Source of the DNA: Candidatus Borrarchaeum weybense
GTDB taxonomy: Archaea; Asgardarchaeota; Sifarchaeia; Borrarchaeales; Borrarchaeaceae
Assembly (NCBI GenBank): GCA_019057385.1
Contig: JAHQJS010000004.1
Span: forward strand, 662,508-726,507
Reading direction: 5' to 3'
DNA length: 64,000 bases
A program made the position numbers and the translations under genes. The notes under the pieces were generated by a model that was given only the letters and a program-made list of their open reading frames with translations, had not been told where the DNA came from and did not search any database. Position 1 is the first letter of the stretch; each line of letters opens with the position of its first letter. Positions 19,570-29,377 of the stretch are shown here, in pieces.

Positions 19570-21078
19570 TTACGCTCCAGCTGGTTTTACTCCGAGTACA
19601 TCGAGGGTAGGCTGTGTCAATTCAATCGCTCTTAAACGATCTCGATTGCTCCTTAGACTTTCGATGGAATTTAATCCGAGTGCTCCTAGTATCTCCTTTA
19701 GTTCATCATTCCATGCTCTAATTAGATTTGCAACTCTTTGCGCCGCTTCTTGAACTTTTAACCTCCTAGTCAAATCAGGACGTGTAGTTGCAATACCCCA
19801 TGGACATATCCCTCTATAGCACTGTTGACATACACGGCAACCCATAGCTATTAACACCGGAGTTCCAATTTGTATTGCATCCGCACCCAGCGCAATTGCC
19901 TTGGCAACTTCAGCAGCAGATCTAATTGAACCCATTGCGATGATTGAACCCCAATGCCTTATGCCTTCATCCCTCAATCTCTGATCTACTGAAGCAATGG
20001 CAGCCTCGATTGGTATACCCAAGTGGTCCCGTATCGCCGTAGGTGCTGCTCCTGTGCCTCCGGTTAATCCATCAAGAAGTATCCCGTCTGCTCCTGCACG
20101 CAAGATACCGCTTGAAATCGCTGCGGAATTATGAACCGCGGCAATTTTTACAAAGACAGGTTTCTTGTAGCGCGTAGCTTCCTTTAACGCATAAATGAGC
20201 TGTGATAAATCCTCTATTGAGTAAATGTCGTGATGTGGTGCAGGGCTGAGGGCGTCTGAACCTTTTGGAATCATTCTCGTTTGAGATATCGCCTGGCTAA
20301 CCTTTTCGCCTGGCAAATGGCCACCTATACCGGGCTTTGCACCTTGGCCAATTTTTATCGTCATTGATGCTGCGACATCTAGGTAATCTGCATGAACACC
20401 AAATCGTCCACTTGCCACTTCAACATCAATATAATCGCCGTATTCGTATAACTCGACGGGAAGCCCTCCTTCTCCTGAGCCAAATATAGTGCCTACCTCC
20501 TTCGCTGCCATCGCCAGTGCTTTAAATGCGTTGAAAGAAAGTGCACCATAACTCATATGACTGATCATAATCGGTGTTTCAAGTTCCAGTTGAGGTGAAA
20601 CGCTCGTCTTTAATTCTACATTATTGTCAATGTCATTAAATTCGAGTTTTTCAGGTTTTTTGCCAAGAAATGTTTTAATTTCAATGGGCTCCCGCAAAGG
20701 GTCGATTGATGGGTTAGTTACTTGGCAAGCATCTATTACTAAACGATCAAACAGTCGAGGGTAGGGAAGGGGTGTGCCAACTCCCGCAATTAACGCAGAA
20801 CCCGTATTGGCCTGCATCCATATGGCACGCTTAGTATCATCATTATATACGTAATGATAAGGAAGAGTTCCTGGATGCTTTTCAATGGTTATAGCCTGTT
20901 GTGGACACATAATGGCGCATCTTTGGCACGCAACACAATTCTCATCTATCGGTTTAGGTCTATCTGTATATGTCATGGCATCAAACGTGCAGTTAATCAT
21001 GCATCGTTTGCAATGTTTGCACTTTTCATAATCTACAGTTATTTTATACTCTGGTAATACACCCGCCATCACTATCAC
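19570..21078 (-). CDS. gltB: Archaeal glutamate synthase FMN-binding subunit with N-terminal 2x[4Fe-4S] (cluster 1)
   Basis: MSYGALS, GEGG, SGRFG, KIGQGAKPGIGGHLPG, CRVCQQCYRGICPWG. Confidence 0.93.
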   Translation of the reverse strand: MIVMAGVLPEYKITVDYEKCKHCKRCMINCTFDAMTYTDRPKPIDENCVACQRCAIMCPQQAITIEKHPGTLPYHYVYNDDTKRAIWMQANTGSALIAGVGTPLPYPRLFDRLVIDACQVTNPSIDPLREPIEIKTFLGKKPEKLEFNDIDNNVELKTSVSPQLELETPIMISHMSYGALSFNAFKALAMAAKEVGTIFGSGEGGLPVELYEYGDYIDVEVASGRFGVHADYLDVAASMTIKIGQGAKPGIGGHLPGEKVSQAISQTRMIPKGSDALSPAPHHDIYSIEDLSQLIYALKEATRYKKPVFVKIAAVHNSAAISSGILRAGADGILLDGLTGGTGAAPTAIRDHLGIPIEAAIASVDQRLRDEGIRHWGSIIAMGSIRSAAEVAKAIALGADAIQIGTPVLIAMGCRVCQQCYRGICPWGIATTRPDLTRRLKVQEAAQRVANLIRAWNDELKEILGALGLNSIESLRSNRDRLRAIELTQPTLDVLGVKPAGA

Positions 21079-22214
21079 GTCTTTTGAGTAATTGACATTT
21101 CAATGCCTCTATGTCGTTCAATGGCTTCTTCTTCTAGTTTGGCAATTATTGGATGCCCCGCTTTTGGCGCCCATACGTCTTCTGGGTTCTTTTCTATAGA
21201 ACGTATCGCCTGTTCTTCACTTGACATGTAAACTTTGTCTTCTTTTACTCCAACAATGAGCGGACGAAGTTTTATTCTATCATTCAGGCCTAATAGGGTC
21301 GTATTGTTCGCTACCAATATGCTAAAAGGCCCATTAAGTAATGCAGAAGCGTAAGTAATGCGAATTGATTTTAAAATTAGCTTCTTTTGTAATGAAGGTT
21401 CCCGTTCTATCTGTGACCAGAATCTAGGAGCAAGTGCTTCACAAGCTAACGCAAGAGGCAGCTTATGGCGTCTAACTAGCAGGTCAAAGAGATATGCGAC
21501 GACTTCTGTATCTGTTAGGAGAGTGCACTTATATCCATACATTTCTAGGTATCGCTTGTTGGTTCCATAAGATGAAATCTCGCCGTTGTGAATCACAGAC
21601 CAATCCAGTATGTTGAAGGGATGTGCACCGCCCCACCAACCAGGCGTATTCGTTGGAAATCGCGTATGTGCTAACCAGAGGTATCCTTTGTATTCTTCTA
21701 GTCTATAAAATGCTGCGACCTCATCTGGATGTCCAACAGCTTTAAACACACCCATGTTTTTTCCGCTTGACAAAACGAATGCATCGCCGATATTTTCATT
21801 GATATGCATCACTAATCTTATTATGTAATTATCTTCCTCTGTCTTCTGCATGTTCTTATCAGGGGTTTCTAGAAAAAACCTCCAGAGGATGGGAGGGTTA
21901 GTTATTTCGCTCACTTTATTAATGGGGATCTTTTCGTCAGCAACGATTGTTGCATTCTTTGCAAGATAACTTTCAACATTCGTCAGGGCCGTTTCATCTT
22001 TTGTCATTACCTGCACAGCATATTTATCAGAATACTTTGGAAAGATTCCATATACTGCAAATCCAGCACCTAAACCATTACCGCGAACTTTCATTGAATT
22101 AATCATTTTAATTGGATATTTGCCTTCGATCAGTTTTCCTTCTTTGCTTAAGATCCCTGCAAGTCCGCAGCCATCTATAATTTTATCATCATGATATTGG
22201 ACCATCATCTTCAC
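21075..22214 (-). CDS. Class II glutamine amidotransferase subunit of glutamate synthase (cluster 1)
   Basis: CGLAG, RGNGLGAG, HTRFPTNT, HPF, HNGEISSYG, DTEV. Confidence 0.9.
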   Translation of the reverse strand: MKMMVQYHDDKIIDGCGLAGILSKEGKLIEGKYPIKMINSMKVRGNGLGAGFAVYGIFPKYSDKYAVQVMTKDETALTNVESYLAKNATIVADEKIPINKVSEITNPPILWRFFLETPDKNMQKTEEDNYIIRLVMHINENIGDAFVLSSGKNMGVFKAVGHPDEVAAFYRLEEYKGYLWLAHTRFPTNTPGWWGGAHPFNILDWSVIHNGEISSYGTNKRYLEMYGYKCTLLTDTEVVAYLFDLLVRRHKLPLALACEALAPRFWSQIEREPSLQKKLILKSIRITYASALLNGPFSILVANNTTLLGLNDRIKLRPLIVGVKEDKVYMSSEEQAIRSIEKNPEDVWAPKAGHPIIAKLEEEAIERHRGIEMSITQKT

Positions 22215-23538
22215 AATCCAATTTCTTTTTTAAAAGTTTTAGTTTTATTTTTTTCAATTCAGGAAGATCTAATTCTTCTCTAAAAACACTTGAGTCGGGT
22301 AATCCTCGTCCAGAGGCTAATAACATGTTTTTCTTTTTATTTATGAAATCTGGGATTTTTCCTCTCTTAGAAGCCATATTTTTTAATTGAGTGAAGAAAT
22401 CTGTCAACCCAAAACACTGTGGGCATAATTCGTAGCAGGTGTGACATGCAATACAATTCCAAAACTCTCCTGCATCGATAACACTTTCTAAATTTCCATT
22501 TAACACGTCCTGGACTATCTTATGAGGCTCAAAGTCCTCTACTTCCGCAACTGGGCAATCTTCTTCACAAGCACCGCATGAAGCACATATTCGTAGAGAT
22601 TCATAGTCAAAATGACGTTTTATTTCATCAAGAGCAATCTGTTTCATGCGCAATTTTTGAAATACACTATCAGTTGGAATAACATGATACGGAAAACTAA
22701 TTTCTACAACATCCTCCATGCCAAGTGCAATTCCAAGAAGTTCCAAGAAGTAGAATGTAGGGATCTCAAAATTGGTTTCATCAATTCTATTTACCTGAAA
22801 CTGTGCTAAATCATATTGACTAAAACAATATGGACAAACAACCGCAATACCATCTGTGCCCCGATGTTGGAGCGATTCAAGTTTTAATCTTACAAGATCG
22901 TAGGCTGCCTGTTCAGAAGTCGAAGAGAGACTTCCTCCACAGCATAACATTTTTTCAGGATAATTTAATGGTGTTGCACCTATTGCTTCTATCAACCTAT
23001 CAAAGACACTAGGATCAATAGGATCGTCAAACAGAATCTTATCGCTTGGTCTCAGAAGGTGACAGCCTGGATGCGTTGCAATTGTTACTCCAGTTAATGG
23101 GCGGGTTATGTGCTCTTCAATTTCTATTGGACCAATATCGAATGCCAAAACTTCTAAAATATCTTTTACGTGAACAGAGCCATTATAGTGTAATCCTTCT
23201 TCTTCAGCAAGTAGTTTATTAATTTCGTTTCTAAGGGCGCTATTTTCCTTAAGTTCCATATTTACGTTTTTTAACGTGCCATAGCACCCATTACAAAAGG
23301 AGATAATGTCAAGACCTCTTTCTTCGGCAATCGCGAGGTTTCTGGCAGCGATGGCGTACCAAGTCCTTTCATCATATCCTCTTATGCTAAGGGGATCAGG
23401 ACAGCAACTGAAGTCATCTAAGTCAATAATATCGACTCCTAATTTCTCAAGGACGCGTTTCGCTAATATTTCGATGTAGGGATATTTATTTTGGATCAAA
23501 CAACCGTAAAACGCAGCATATTGTTTGTCTTTTTTCAT
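22189..23538 (-). CDS. Heterodisulfide reductase HdrB-HdrC-like fusion (CCG domains plus 2x[4Fe-4S])
   Basis: FYGC, SCCP, CNGC, HPGCH, CCGG, CPYC followed by CASCGACEEDCP and CIACHTCYELCP. Confidence 0.85.
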   Translation of the reverse strand: MKKDKQYAAFYGCLIQNKYPYIEILAKRVLEKLGVDIIDLDDFSCCPDPLSIRGYDERTWYAIAARNLAIAEERGLDIISFCNGCYGTLKNVNMELKENSALRNEINKLLAEEEGLHYNGSVHVKDILEVLAFDIGPIEIEEHITRPLTGVTIATHPGCHLLRPSDKILFDDPIDPSVFDRLIEAIGATPLNYPEKMLCCGGSLSSTSEQAAYDLVRLKLESLQHRGTDGIAVVCPYCFSQYDLAQFQVNRIDETNFEIPTFYFLELLGIALGMEDVVEISFPYHVIPTDSVFQKLRMKQIALDEIKRHFDYESLRICASCGACEEDCPVAEVEDFEPHKIVQDVLNGNLESVIDAGEFWNCIACHTCYELCPQCFGLTDFFTQLKNMASKRGKIPDFINKKKNMLLASGRGLPDSSVFREELDLPELKKIKLKLLKKKLDCEDDGPIS

Positions 23539-23831
23539 GTGAGCATGATCTCCTGTTTACATCTGACAACATATTTACATATATCAAGGTATTAGACAAA
23601 GTGTTAATAAATCTTGTTATTTTGACTATTTGTACTGAGTAGGGCTATTTATACTGAACGTTTGATGATTTTGGAACGTATTTGTTGAACATTTTGATAT
23701 TCAACACTACGGGGTCTTTTTAAATAATTAATCAAAATGTCATAAATATACGTAAAGTCCATTTTTAGATAACAGATAATTATATATACTATAAGTCTAA
23801 TATTATACTCAAAGTACAAAAAATAGGAAGT

Positions 23832-24608
23832 GTGAATATGCATCCGGCAATAATTGGTATAATGTATGTCATAGCGTTCTCGGTTTTATCCGTAGTTATT
23901 ATGGTTAAAACAAAGTTCAACAACTTGTTGCGAATTGGGCTTTTAATTGCAGCATTGCTTGCGTTTTATGTGCTTCCAACTGGACATTTGATCGGCTTAA
24001 TGCCTAAATTGGGTTCTAACGGTGTAATGGCTGAAACAGGAGACGTTGGATCAGGTATCGTTACAGCGTATTCTTTCCCTTTAGCATTGTTAGCACTCAT
24101 TGTAACACTTGGTCTTACCTTCTTTGTAGGACGTGCATTATGTAGTTATGGATGTCCTGTCGGTGTAGTTCAAGAACTCCTCTATGAAGCCCCAACTGGC
24201 AAAAATGGCGGAAACAAACTGACCTTGCCTACAAAAATCAGTTATTTCATAAGATTGGGAGTACTAGGTCTGATAGTTGTCCTAGTTCTTGTCTTTGGTC
24301 TTGGACTTATTCAAATAGCAGCACTGTCTCCATTGGTAATTCCTGTGGCGTTCATTATAGGTGTTTGTATTATAGCATCAATTTTCGTATATAGACCCTT
24401 TTGCAGGCTTTTCTGTCCCTATGGTGCCTTGGCAGCATTAGTGGCGAAATTCTCCAAAGTCAAACCAGGGAAGGGAGATTCATGTACGGAGTGCGGACTT
24501 TGTGATATGAACTGCCCAACAGGAGAATTAAACGAAAAGTATGGTGAATGTTATCTCTGTGGACGATGTGTTCGAACATGCAATGTAGATGCTGTAAAAT
24601 TCTGCTGA
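23832..24608 (+). CDS. Membrane 4Fe-4S binding protein (NapH/MauN-like)
   Basis: GRALCSYGCPVG, RPFCRLFCPYG, two ferredoxin motifs. Confidence 0.85.
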   Translation: MNMHPAIIGIMYVIAFSVLSVVIMVKTKFNNLLRIGLLIAALLAFYVLPTGHLIGLMPKLGSNGVMAETGDVGSGIVTAYSFPLALLALIVTLGLTFFVGRALCSYGCPVGVVQELLYEAPTGKNGGNKLTLPTKISYFIRLGVLGLIVVLVLVFGLGLIQIAALSPLVIPVAFIIGVCIIASIFVYRPFCRLFCPYGALAALVAKFSKVKPGKGDSCTECGLCDMNCPTGELNEKYGECYLCGRCVRTCNVDAVKFC

Positions 24609-24621
24609 GAGTAGATGATTT

Positions 24622-24647
24622 TGCTATCTACGGATAGCATTTTTTTT
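24622..24647 (+). terminator. Hairpin plus T-tract
   Basis: TGCTATC-TACG-GATAGCA followed by a T run. Confidence 0.55.
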
Positions 24648-24691
24648 AAATTTGAAAGAATTTCGTTATTAGGTAATTGAAGGTGTAAAAA

Positions 24692-25423
24692 ATGACAGGG
24701 TCAAATGATAGAAATGCTGAAACAAAAACAGGTGCGAAATTAACGAGGAAAGAACGTAAAAAAACGTTTCAAAAACAACATGATCTTGATGCGGCAACGG
24801 AACTGTTCAAAAAAGCCCCCTATGATGATGTAACGATGGATGATATAGCAGAACAAACGCTGTTAAGCAGAGCTACATTGTACAAATATTTTGGTGGTAA
24901 AGAAGGCATCTACTTCGAAATCGGTATTCAAGGTTTTAGAATTATTTCCAAAAAGCAAGAAGCACTAATCAAATCTGAATCTTCTTCAGGACTCGATAAA
25001 ATCTTAAAATTAAGCGAAACTATCCTTAGATATTTGTTTGAAAATCCATTAAGTCATGAAATCATGCGCCATTACCTTGTTACGGAAAATAAAGCAGAAA
25101 TTACCACTGATAAGATCCTGAGGAAAATGAAATTAGGGGAAGATGTGGAGAATCCTTCTGATAGAATACGAGCAAGGTTTTTACAAGAAATCCGCAAATT
25201 CGAGAAACCCTGGGCAATCGCAGTGGAACAGGGTTTCAAAGATGGATCAATCCACCAGGATATGAATCCCGATCATTTAGTGCATTTCCTTTTTATGATC
25301 ATTTCTGGGATTGTTGATCGTGCCAACTTGGAAAGAGTAATGATGCAAAAGGTGAACTTATCCGTCGAAGACATCATAAAGAGGACTATTGATCTGATCC
25401 GGAAAGATTTGGGAAGTGACTGA
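24692..25423 (+). CDS. TetR/AcrR family regulator
   Basis: VTMDDIAEQTLLSRATLYKYF HTH. Confidence 0.9.
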   Translation: MTGSNDRNAETKTGAKLTRKERKKTFQKQHDLDAATELFKKAPYDDVTMDDIAEQTLLSRATLYKYFGGKEGIYFEIGIQGFRIISKKQEALIKSESSSGLDKILKLSETILRYLFENPLSHEIMRHYLVTENKAEITTDKILRKMKLGEDVENPSDRIRARFLQEIRKFEKPWAIAVEQGFKDGSIHQDMNPDHLVHFLFMIISGIVDRANLERVMMQKVNLSVEDIIKRTIDLIRKDLGSD

Positions 25424-25470
25424 ACTCTTACGAATCATTAATTTGAAATATACAAAAAATTTGGCAGGAG

Positions 25471-25998
25471 GTGAAAAAAATTAGTTCAAGACATGATAAA
25501 CACGAACATCTCGTAGGCGAAGAAATGCCTTATTCACATCTGCTGCAATTAAGTTCTGCAGTAGTGTTTCTACTAGTCTGGTCATTAGATTCTTTTATTT
25601 TCAAATTCTCTGTTTGGTTTGCAAATTTTGTGCCATGGGTGTTTCGATTAATTCTGGCTCTATGTGTGATCATACTTGGAATTATGCTAGCGCGTTCAGC
25701 GGAAAAGGCGTTATTTCAAGAAGAACTTGAGTCACCTAAAGTGGATGTAATTGATACAGGGATACTTGGTCATGTGAGGCATCCTTTATACCTTGGAGTG
25801 CTATTAGTCTATATTGGATTCATTCTGGGAACATTTTCGTTGATTTCAGTTGCAGTTTTCGTATTAGTTGCATTAATTCATAATAAATTGGCAAATTATG
25901 AAGAACAGGATCTTGAGCGGATATTCGGTGAAGAGTATTTAGAATATAAGAGCAGGGTGCCAAAATGGATTCCACGCTTATCATCGGCCACTATCTGA
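25471..25998 (+). CDS. Isoprenylcysteine carboxyl methyltransferase/PEMT family membrane protein
   Basis: VRHPLYLG, EEQDLERIFGEEYLEYKSRVPKWIP. Confidence 0.88.
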   Translation: MKKISSRHDKHEHLVGEEMPYSHLLQLSSAVVFLLVWSLDSFIFKFSVWFANFVPWVFRLILALCVIILGIMLARSAEKALFQEELESPKVDVIDTGILGHVRHPLYLGVLLVYIGFILGTFSLISVAVFVLVALIHNKLANYEEQDLERIFGEEYLEYKSRVPKWIPRLSSATI

Positions 25999-26021
25999 TC
26001 CTAAACTGTGAAGAAACAGTA

Positions 26022-26657
26022 TTAATCCTTTTTAACCTTTTTTTGACAGTATTTTACAATCTCCTGTGCACTCTTCCCTACTAACTGCTGTTCATCAGCC
26101 TTTATCGGATTATAAAGAAGGTTTAGACCCTTGAGGTTAGTGAGGTGCTCCAATCCCTTAAGCTCTTTTATCCGGTTTGACCAAAAGGAGAGTTCTCTGA
26201 GTTCGGTAAGGTTTTCCAATCCTCTTATCTCTTCTATTTGATTCTCACTAAGACCTAGATGTTGGAGGTTAGTGAAGTTCTCCAATCCCTCAAGCTCTTC
26301 TATTCGATTATGACAGAGATAGAGTCCTTGGAGGTTAGTGAGGCTCTCCAATCCCTTGAGGTTTTCTATTTTATTATCCATAAGGTTCAATTTTTTTAGG
26401 TTAATGAGAGATCCCAATCCTTTGATCTCTCTTATTCGATTATATTGGAGGTTGAGTTCTTTGAGATTTTTGAGATTCTCCAACCCTTCAATCTCAGTGA
26501 TATCTTTAATCCCAATATTGCTAAGATCAAGTGTGCCGTTCTTGACATGATATTTCCTTCCTTTAACCGTCACAAAATCTGAATCTGGACTCATACACGG
26601 CACCACTTTCTTTTGTTGAAAGAGTTTATCCTCCTCTGAATTACGCGTGACTTTCAT
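26022..26657 (-). CDS. Leucine-rich repeat protein (SDS22-like, 22-aa repeats)
   Basis: Repeated GLENLTNLxxLxLxxNxIxEI. Confidence 0.93.
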   Translation of the reverse strand: MKVTRNSEEDKLFQQKKVVPCMSPDSDFVTVKGRKYHVKNGTLDLSNIGIKDITEIEGLENLKNLKELNLQYNRIREIKGLGSLINLKKLNLMDNKIENLKGLESLTNLQGLYLCHNRIEELEGLENFTNLQHLGLSENQIEEIRGLENLTELRELSFWSNRIKELKGLEHLTNLKGLNLLYNPIKADEQQLVGKSAQEIVKYCQKKVKKD

Positions 26658-26719
26658 CTTGCATATTATAAATCTGATCCTAATAAGTTTTTTAAATCCT
26701 TAAATATATAGTATTATTG

Positions 26720-27125
26720 TCTACTTTGCCACATCTGGCAATAGATGACACGATCTAGTGTCATATTTGGCAACCAAGTAGAGCAATTCAGCAAGCAATA
26801 GAAAATCTAATTGCCACATATGAAATAGGTCACATGATCTATATCACATCTGGCAAACAGACAACACAAATCTAGTTGCCGTACCTAGCACAGGTAGAAC
26901 TATTCAGCAGTTAACAAAAGATCTATTTGCCAAATTTGACAAATAGGTCAACACGATCTAGTTGTCATATCTGGCAAACCAGAAACACCCAATCTAGTGA
27001 TTAAAACAGGATTTGTTGTCACATCTGGCATATAGGTGACATAACCTAATTGCCATATCTGACAACCAAGTAGAGCAATCCGACAGTTAACAAACAATCT
27101 AATTGCCACATTTGGCGAAGTAGAC
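26720..27125. repeat. Degenerate array of about 10 copies of ATCTA(G/A)TTGCCACATCTGGCAA
   Basis: Copies near 26720, 26753, 26805, 26837, 26870, 26921, 26956, 27011, 27044, 27097; palindromic TTGCCA-N4-TGGCAA core; spacing about 33 or 52 bp. Confidence 0.8.
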
Positions 27126-27157
27126 ATCTTAAAATAGAATATAAACGAGGTGAAAAG

Positions 27158-28390
27158 ATGTCTGCGATGATTCACCAAATTCCTATGCAGATCAAAATCC
27201 ATGATCAGATTGTGGGAAATGGTGCGCATTATTGGGATACTCCTGCCAAGTGTGTTAATTTTGCTGCTTCACTGCAGAGGAGTGATATTACAAAAGATTT
27301 AATGTATAACGTTAATAAATCCACAGAATATCCTTTTCGTAGAAAGGTAAACATAAGAAGAATAGACTTGGAGTACTGCCAAAAAGGTGTAGTAGAAGGA
27401 CGAACTATCACCTACAAACCAGCACACAGTATAAAATTCATAGACCCTAACACTACAAGTAATGAAGGATTCCTAAATGAACTCAGAAATTCTTCTTTTG
27501 CTGTTGATATTCCTCTTTGGTTCGCTAAAAAATCTGGTGACCTTGATTTAATGCCTTTAGGACATGCTTTAAAGAAATGGAATATGCAAATGATCTATCA
27601 GTATAAAGGGTGCAATCTTAATTGTCGGTATTGTTACGTTAGTGATATTGACAACTCCGCCACAAAAGGGTGTTGTTCTAATATAACTCCGCGAGATATA
27701 TTCGATTCTTACAGATTTTATAATGAACAGGGAAAAGTACAAGGCATTCGCTGTAGTGGAGGTGAACCAAGTCTATATTTGGATCACATACACAAAGTTA
27801 TTAGAGTTTTCAAGGAAGAAAACAAGCCTGTTCTTATCCAACTTGATACCAATGGTTCAACATTTTCTTATATTGAACACATGCTAAAACATGACCCCAA
27901 TTGGGATGATGTCATGATTCAAGACCTTGCCGAACACACGATGGTATTTTTTGCATTTAAAGGAACCGATGATAAAACAATTCAGGAGATAACAAAATCA
28001 AAACTTACTTTAGATGATCAGTTTAATACTCTAAGATTTTACGTATCTAATGATTTCGATGTGTACTTAAACCTATATAGTTCCAACCCTGTAACATTAC
28101 CTTCTTTTATCGGACGGCTTGACGAAGAGTATGGTTCTAACGCTATAAGAAAATTGCGTTGCCTTCCGCTAGAACTTTATTCTCCAACAAAACAAAGACT
28201 TGAGAGAGACGCTAAACATAAAGACATGTTTTTCAGGCGGCATCCTGAGCAATATGCAACAGGTATCGGCATGAAGTGGATGCTAGATTTCCAAGCAAGT
28301 GCTAGATACTTGAAAAGAATATGCAGAGAAGAATATGGGTTCAAATACCCTGAAGTTATGCGCTGTAACTATAAAATAGGGGATAGGTGA
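27158..28390 (+). CDS. Radical SAM protein
   Basis: GCNLNCRYCY (CxxxCxxC), IRCSGGEP, LDTNG. Confidence 0.88.
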   Translation: MSAMIHQIPMQIKIHDQIVGNGAHYWDTPAKCVNFAASLQRSDITKDLMYNVNKSTEYPFRRKVNIRRIDLEYCQKGVVEGRTITYKPAHSIKFIDPNTTSNEGFLNELRNSSFAVDIPLWFAKKSGDLDLMPLGHALKKWNMQMIYQYKGCNLNCRYCYVSDIDNSATKGCCSNITPRDIFDSYRFYNEQGKVQGIRCSGGEPSLYLDHIHKVIRVFKEENKPVLIQLDTNGSTFSYIEHMLKHDPNWDDVMIQDLAEHTMVFFAFKGTDDKTIQEITKSKLTLDDQFNTLRFYVSNDFDVYLNLYSSNPVTLPSFIGRLDEEYGSNAIRKLRCLPLELYSPTKQRLERDAKHKDMFFRRHPEQYATGIGMKWMLDFQASARYLKRICREEYGFKYPEVMRCNYKIGDR

Positions 28391-28396
28391 TCGTAA

Positions 28397-29320
28397 ATGC
28401 ATGTAGAATCACTTGGTGGTCTAACTGCTCTTCTACCCTCACTCGCAACATTCGTAATCAAAAAGGGAAAAATTGGAAATAGAGAAGAACTATCAGAGAA
28501 GGAACGACGAATTTCTACATTTTTGGATCGATATAATGAAGTTACACCACAAGATATTCTTAAGCGCGAAGAACATGCAGAATTCGGAATTAGACACGTC
28601 CCTGCCGAGCACATCCAATTCATGGTTGACAATGCGTTTAGTTCCGCAATTGAACAGCTGTATAAGAATGAAATAATTGCTTCGGATTCTGAAAATTTCG
28701 GATCCAAACTAAAAGAATTTCGGGGAATTGCTCAAAAATTAGAATACTTACGATTTTTGCCTCGCTTAGACATGAACGTTCTGAAAGAGGAAGGTCGATT
28801 AATTGAATTAAGAGATAAGTCGTTAGATGAACTCACGCAGTTTAAGTTAATGTATGAGGGCCCCTTATTCACGTTAGCAAATATACTTGAGTCAGTATCA
28901 AATCATACTTGCTGGATGCATCTCTTTAAGCTCATTCCCTATTTGATTCGCAAAGAAGTTTCTATCAAAGAAATGATTGAAATGACTCATAAGGTAACTG
29001 ATATGTCGATAGATGCACAACCTATAGTTACTCCCGCTGAGAAACTCAAGTCGATCTCCGACACTCTTGAAACGCTTTATCAGGGATTTAAAGAAGAAAT
29101 ATTTGAATCTGATGCTCCTAAGATAAATGTACTCGAATTGATTCAAGAGATCCTATCCACGCTTGACAAACAAATGGATAATCCAACAGATTATTTAGAG
29201 GTGAACGAAGTCTTGGGGAAAGGGGGCTTCAGGCACTCATCGCGCTTCAAAAAACTGAATAGTCCTACATACTTGGTTCAAAACACACAGGCTGCAAAAG
29301 GAGTTTTCTTTTCTCAATAG
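28397..29320 (+). CDS. Hypothetical helical protein
   Basis: 307-aa ORF 6 bp after the radical SAM gene, with a GGTGA RBS; no motif recognised. Confidence 0.65.
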   Translation: MHVESLGGLTALLPSLATFVIKKGKIGNREELSEKERRISTFLDRYNEVTPQDILKREEHAEFGIRHVPAEHIQFMVDNAFSSAIEQLYKNEIIASDSENFGSKLKEFRGIAQKLEYLRFLPRLDMNVLKEEGRLIELRDKSLDELTQFKLMYEGPLFTLANILESVSNHTCWMHLFKLIPYLIRKEVSIKEMIEMTHKVTDMSIDAQPIVTPAEKLKSISDTLETLYQGFKEEIFESDAPKINVLELIQEILSTLDKQMDNPTDYLEVNEVLGKGGFRHSSRFKKLNSPTYLVQNTQAAKGVFFSQ

Positions 29321-29377
29321 GCTTCTTTTATTCTAAGAATATTGTGGATGTTTGATACGAATGGAGGAAAAAATTGA

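Noticed and set aside
26720-27125. CRISPR array
   Set aside because: Repeats are degenerate, the linkers are short and related to each other rather than unique, and no cas genes are in the window.
26948-27229. 93-aa minus-strand ORF as a RiPP precursor for the radical SAM enzyme
   Set aside because: It is antisense, overlaps the radical SAM start, and the repeat spacing does not keep a reading frame.
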